This document shows positions 16,546 to 19,594 of a stretch of DNA of 19,594 bases, piece after piece. This DNA is from Prasinococcaceae sp. CCMP 1430. Taxonomy: Eukaryota > Plantae > Prasinodermophyta. The DNA lies in NCBI GenBank assembly GCA_013416795.1, contig RQSC01000750.1:43867-63460 (forward strand), given 5' to 3'. The notes beneath the pieces were generated by a model, which was not told the DNA's origin, made no database searches, and saw only the letters and a program-made list of their open reading frames with translations. Each line of letters opens with the position of its first letter. Positions within the stretch are counted from its first letter, which is position 1. Position numbers and translations under genes: made by a program.

Positions 16546-17277
16546 ATGGGTTGGGTGGCACTCGGGCGCGCGAGGGGGCGCTCGGCGTGCGCGGCGGCGG
16601 CGGCGAGGGGTGCGGAGGCGGGGCGCGGCGGGGCGGGGGAACCCTGTGGCGTCGACGCGAGCGCGAGGGCGCGCTTGGGACGGGCTGGGGAGAGACGACG
16701 AGACGACGGTGTGTGCGCAGGTCTTAGCGATGAGGCGCCCGAAGTGCAGCAGCGAGCGGCAGCGGCCCGCGAACGACCAGTCGTTGGGGCGGCGACACCA
16801 GCAGGGGCACTAGTGCGGTCAGCAGCGATCAGGAAGTACCACGCGGCGGTGCCGGCGGCCGCGGCGGAGGCGGCCAGAGTGGAGCAAGCAGAGGCTAGGC
16901 GCATGCGTGAGCACCAGCGACGCGAGCGACGCGAGCGGCGCGAGCGCCGGCGGCAGCAGAAGCTGAAGCAGCGCTTGCAAGGCTCGCCGAAGATGTCTGG
17001 CCACGCGTCATCGCGGCGCTCACCGCTGTCGTCGAGGAGCCCCAGAACAACCCGAAAGCAAACATGCAAGGACGCACGCAGGTGTGCGCGGAAGGGTGCA
17101 GCGACGACAGCGTGCTCGCCGTACTCGGTCGTGCCGTCGACGCCGCCGCACGGGCCACACACCGACGGATACGCATCGGAGGGACAGGAGGAGGAGATCG
17201 CGACGGCACTCCTGTCGGCGCTGATCAGGTCGCCCGAAAGGGTGCGGCCAGTGCTGAGAACACGGCCGCGCTACTGA
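16546..17277 (+). CDS. Hypothetical protein (charged helix, SP/TP-rich, C-terminal EEEIATALLSAL); 5' structure uncertain
   Basis: Open frame to TGA 17275-17277, protein-like from about 16721. Probable acceptor GCGCAG ending 16720. In-frame ATG at 16546, or an upstream micro-exon at 15854-15869. Confidence 0.5.
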   Translation: MGWVALGRARGRSACAAAAARGAEAGRGGAGEPCGVDASARARLGRAGERRRDDGVCAGLSDEAPEVQQRAAAARERPVVGAATPAGALVRSAAIRKYHAAVPAAAAEAARVEQAEARRMREHQRRERRERRERRRQQKLKQRLQGSPKMSGHASSRRSPLSSRSPRTTRKQTCKDARRCARKGAATTACSPYSVVPSTPPHGPHTDGYASEGQEEEIATALLSALIRSPERVRPVLRTRPRY

Positions 17278-17419
17278 GGGCGCCTGTCCGCAGGCCGTGG
17301 CCTTCGAGGCGACGCTGTGACGCGCGCGCAGCGCCGAACACGCGACGACGGCGTCCTGCTCACGAATCGCAAGGGCGCGGTGCGCCGCATTATTAAATGA
17401 TTACGTTCATCCCCTTCCA

Positions 17420-19594
17420 CTACCGGCGCAAGAGCACCCGTGCAAGCTTGTCCGCGAGTCGACGCCCGGTCTGCACTGCTGGCCGCAGGTCCTCCAGGTT
17501 AGCCGCCACCAGCACGCTCGCGTACGCGGCTGCGCCGCCAAAGCCGGCGACTCCAAGAGCGCAGCTCCGCAGGATCCACTCGAGGCCGGCGCCTGCAGAG
17601 GCGTGCACGATGGGCGTGCTGGCGAGCGCCGCAGCGCACGCCTCGGAGCCAATCGCCCACAGAGCCGCTGATGCGACGGTGCCGATTCCGGTAGCGCCAA
17701 ACATCACGAGGACAGGCCTCGCGTACGATGGCAGAGCGATCCCTCCGATGCGCTTCGAGAGCGACGCCAGCAGGGCCAGGGCGCTCACGGTGTTGACGAA
17801 GGCCGTCGCGGCCACCAGGCCAACTGCTCCGAGGTTGAGATGGACGCACAGCAAGTAGTCCAAGACGGCGTTCGCAGCAATGGCGCAGGCGCTCACGCGT
17901 GCGGGGGACGCTCCGTCGCCGAGCGCGTAGAACGCCCGAACAGCGACGTCGCGCGCCAGGTACAGCGGCGCGCCGGCAGCGTATGCCGCAACGAGCGGGG
18001 CGACCGCTGCCACAGCGGAGGCGCCAAAGGATGCTCGCTCGTACACCAAGGACACGAGTGGGACCTGTCATGCGCGCGGAGCGGTCGCGGGGGAGGGGGA
18101 AGGGGAGGGGGCGGCAGCAGTGTGCACGCGCAGCGAGCGCCGGCGTCAGCGGAGGGCGCGAGATGGGAGCGCGTGTTCCTTTGCCAGCCCCTGGCATGCT
18201 CGCATCGCCCGCGCACGCGACTGACCGAGAGGGGTATGAGCGTGGCCACCAACGGCAGCGTGGCCGCCAGAGAAATGAGCAGGCACTGTCGCAGCGTCGA
18301 CCGAAGCGCGTCCGTGCCAGCGGGCTTCGCCGGTTCTGCTGGCCTCTCCGAGTCTGGAGTGCTCGGCGATTCACCAGCAGGCTCCTCGGCAGACCGATCC
18401 GTGCCGTCGGGGGCGGCCGATTTTGACGCCGCGGCGGCCCGGGTGAGGATTGGCAGCGCAGGTATCAGCAGCGCGTTCGACAACACTCCCAGAGGCGCCA
18501 TCACCAGGAGGTTGGCGTAGCCCATCGCGGCTGCCGCCTGCGGGACGAACGACGCGAAGTACAGGTCCGTGTACGTTGCGAGCTGCAGCATGCCGCTTGA
18601 GAGCGCGGCGGGCACGAGCAGCGAGAGCACGCGCCGCACGCCCTCGTCGATCGCGGCGGGGTCGCTCGCGTCCGGCGGGGCGCGCCACATCGGGCGCAGC
18701 CGGATAGGCACGCCGATGCGAGATGCCGCATAGCCCTGAAGCGCGCACTGTGCCAGAGCCCCTGCCGTGAACGCGACCGCCAGTACCTGGCCGCCCGCGA
18801 CGGGACCCAGTGCGCCGACGCCGCCCGCGACGCCGAACGCGGCGAGGGCGGCGATCGTAACGAGCGAGCTGAGCGCCGGCGAAGCCGCCGGCGCGAGGTA
18901 CGCGCCGAACGCGCTGAGCAGGCCGAAGCCGACGCCCAGCACGCCCGAAAGGTAGGCGCACGGCGCCATGAGCACCAACTGTCCCGCCGCAATGGCAAGC
19001 GTCTCCGAGTTGGCGGCGACGAGACGCAGGCCGGGGGCGGTGAGGCGCAGGAGCGGCTCGGCGAAGGCCGCCGCGGCGGCTCCGATGGCGAGAAGGGGCA
19101 CGGACACGCGCGTGATCACCACATTCGCGAGCGCGGCGGCCTCGCGCTTGGTGCGGGCCGCGCACGCGGCGACGATGGCACTGTGGAACGGGCCGTTGAC
19201 GCCGCCCAACAGCACCACGAAGAGCGACGGGAGCATCGACGCGTAGCCGAAGGCGTCGGCAACGGATCCCACCCCGAACGCCGCCGCTACAGCGGTCTCG
19301 CGGGCGAGGCCCAGCACCTGGGAGGTCCCCCCCCCACACCCACCCACCCCAGCGCGCGCGCACCTCAGCAGTTAGTGCCGATTGCTCGCGCGGTGCGGAC
19401 GATGGTGCGCGCTCGAGGCGAGTGCACGCAGTGGGGGGAAGAAAGGGAGGGAATGCGAATGCGAGTGGCGGCGCGACCGCGCACCTTGCACCCAAGTGTG
19501 GCGATTGCGACGACCGACGCCGTCCGCGCGACCGCCTCCGCCGCCCCACCGCCCCGCCCCCCTCCCTCGCCCGTGCCGCCCGCGGGCGCGGCGC
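17420..19594 (-). CDS. murJ: Lipid II flippase MurJ/MviN, cyanobacterial type; 5'-partial; exons >19594-19485, 19317-18226, 18064-17420
   Basis: VAIATLGCK|VLGLARETAVAAAFGVG..ADAF, LLGGVNGPFHSA, PAALSSGMLQ..TYTDLYFASF, AMGYANLL..PLG, LIPLS|VPLVSLVYER and VRAFYALGD; multi-TM hydrophobicity. Confidence 0.93.
18065..18225 (-). other. murJ intron (161 nt, phase 0)
   Basis: TCG|GTCAGT donor and GACAG acceptor; splicing joins the two MurJ ORFs in frame. Confidence 0.85.
19318..19484 (-). other. murJ intron (167 nt, phase 0)
   Basis: AAG|GTGCGC donor, CACTAAC branch point (19377-19371) and CCCAG acceptor; splicing restores the TM1 motif. Confidence 0.88.

Overview
Very GC-rich, gene-dense eukaryotic nuclear DNA, most likely from a green alga of prasinophyte type. 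This assignment is inferred from GT-AG introns, TGTAA poly(A)-like signals, plant-type TPX2/SNX1/ITPK and a cyanobacterial-type MurJ. Protein genes from left to right: TPX2 (-); an acidic-repeat coiled-coil protein (+); SNX1-like PX-BAR sorting nexin (-) head-to-head with inositol-tetrakisphosphate 1-kinase (+); a small YrhK-like membrane protein (-); a DM14-repeat protein (+); a protein with seven RanBP2 zinc fingers (-); a weakly supported hypothetical protein (+); and an intron-containing, 5'-truncated MurJ lipid II flippase (-) that points to plastid peptidoglycan. The least explained features are two ~420-470 nt non-coding segments (2941-3356 and 15392-15861) rich in nested helices. Both are followed by the same donor-like GTGAGTGCC, and the second has switch/pseudoknot-like alternative pairings that can sequester a start codon. 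The SNX1/ITPK 5' junction is also unresolved and may overlap. All helices were found by eye; no folding or database searches were run.
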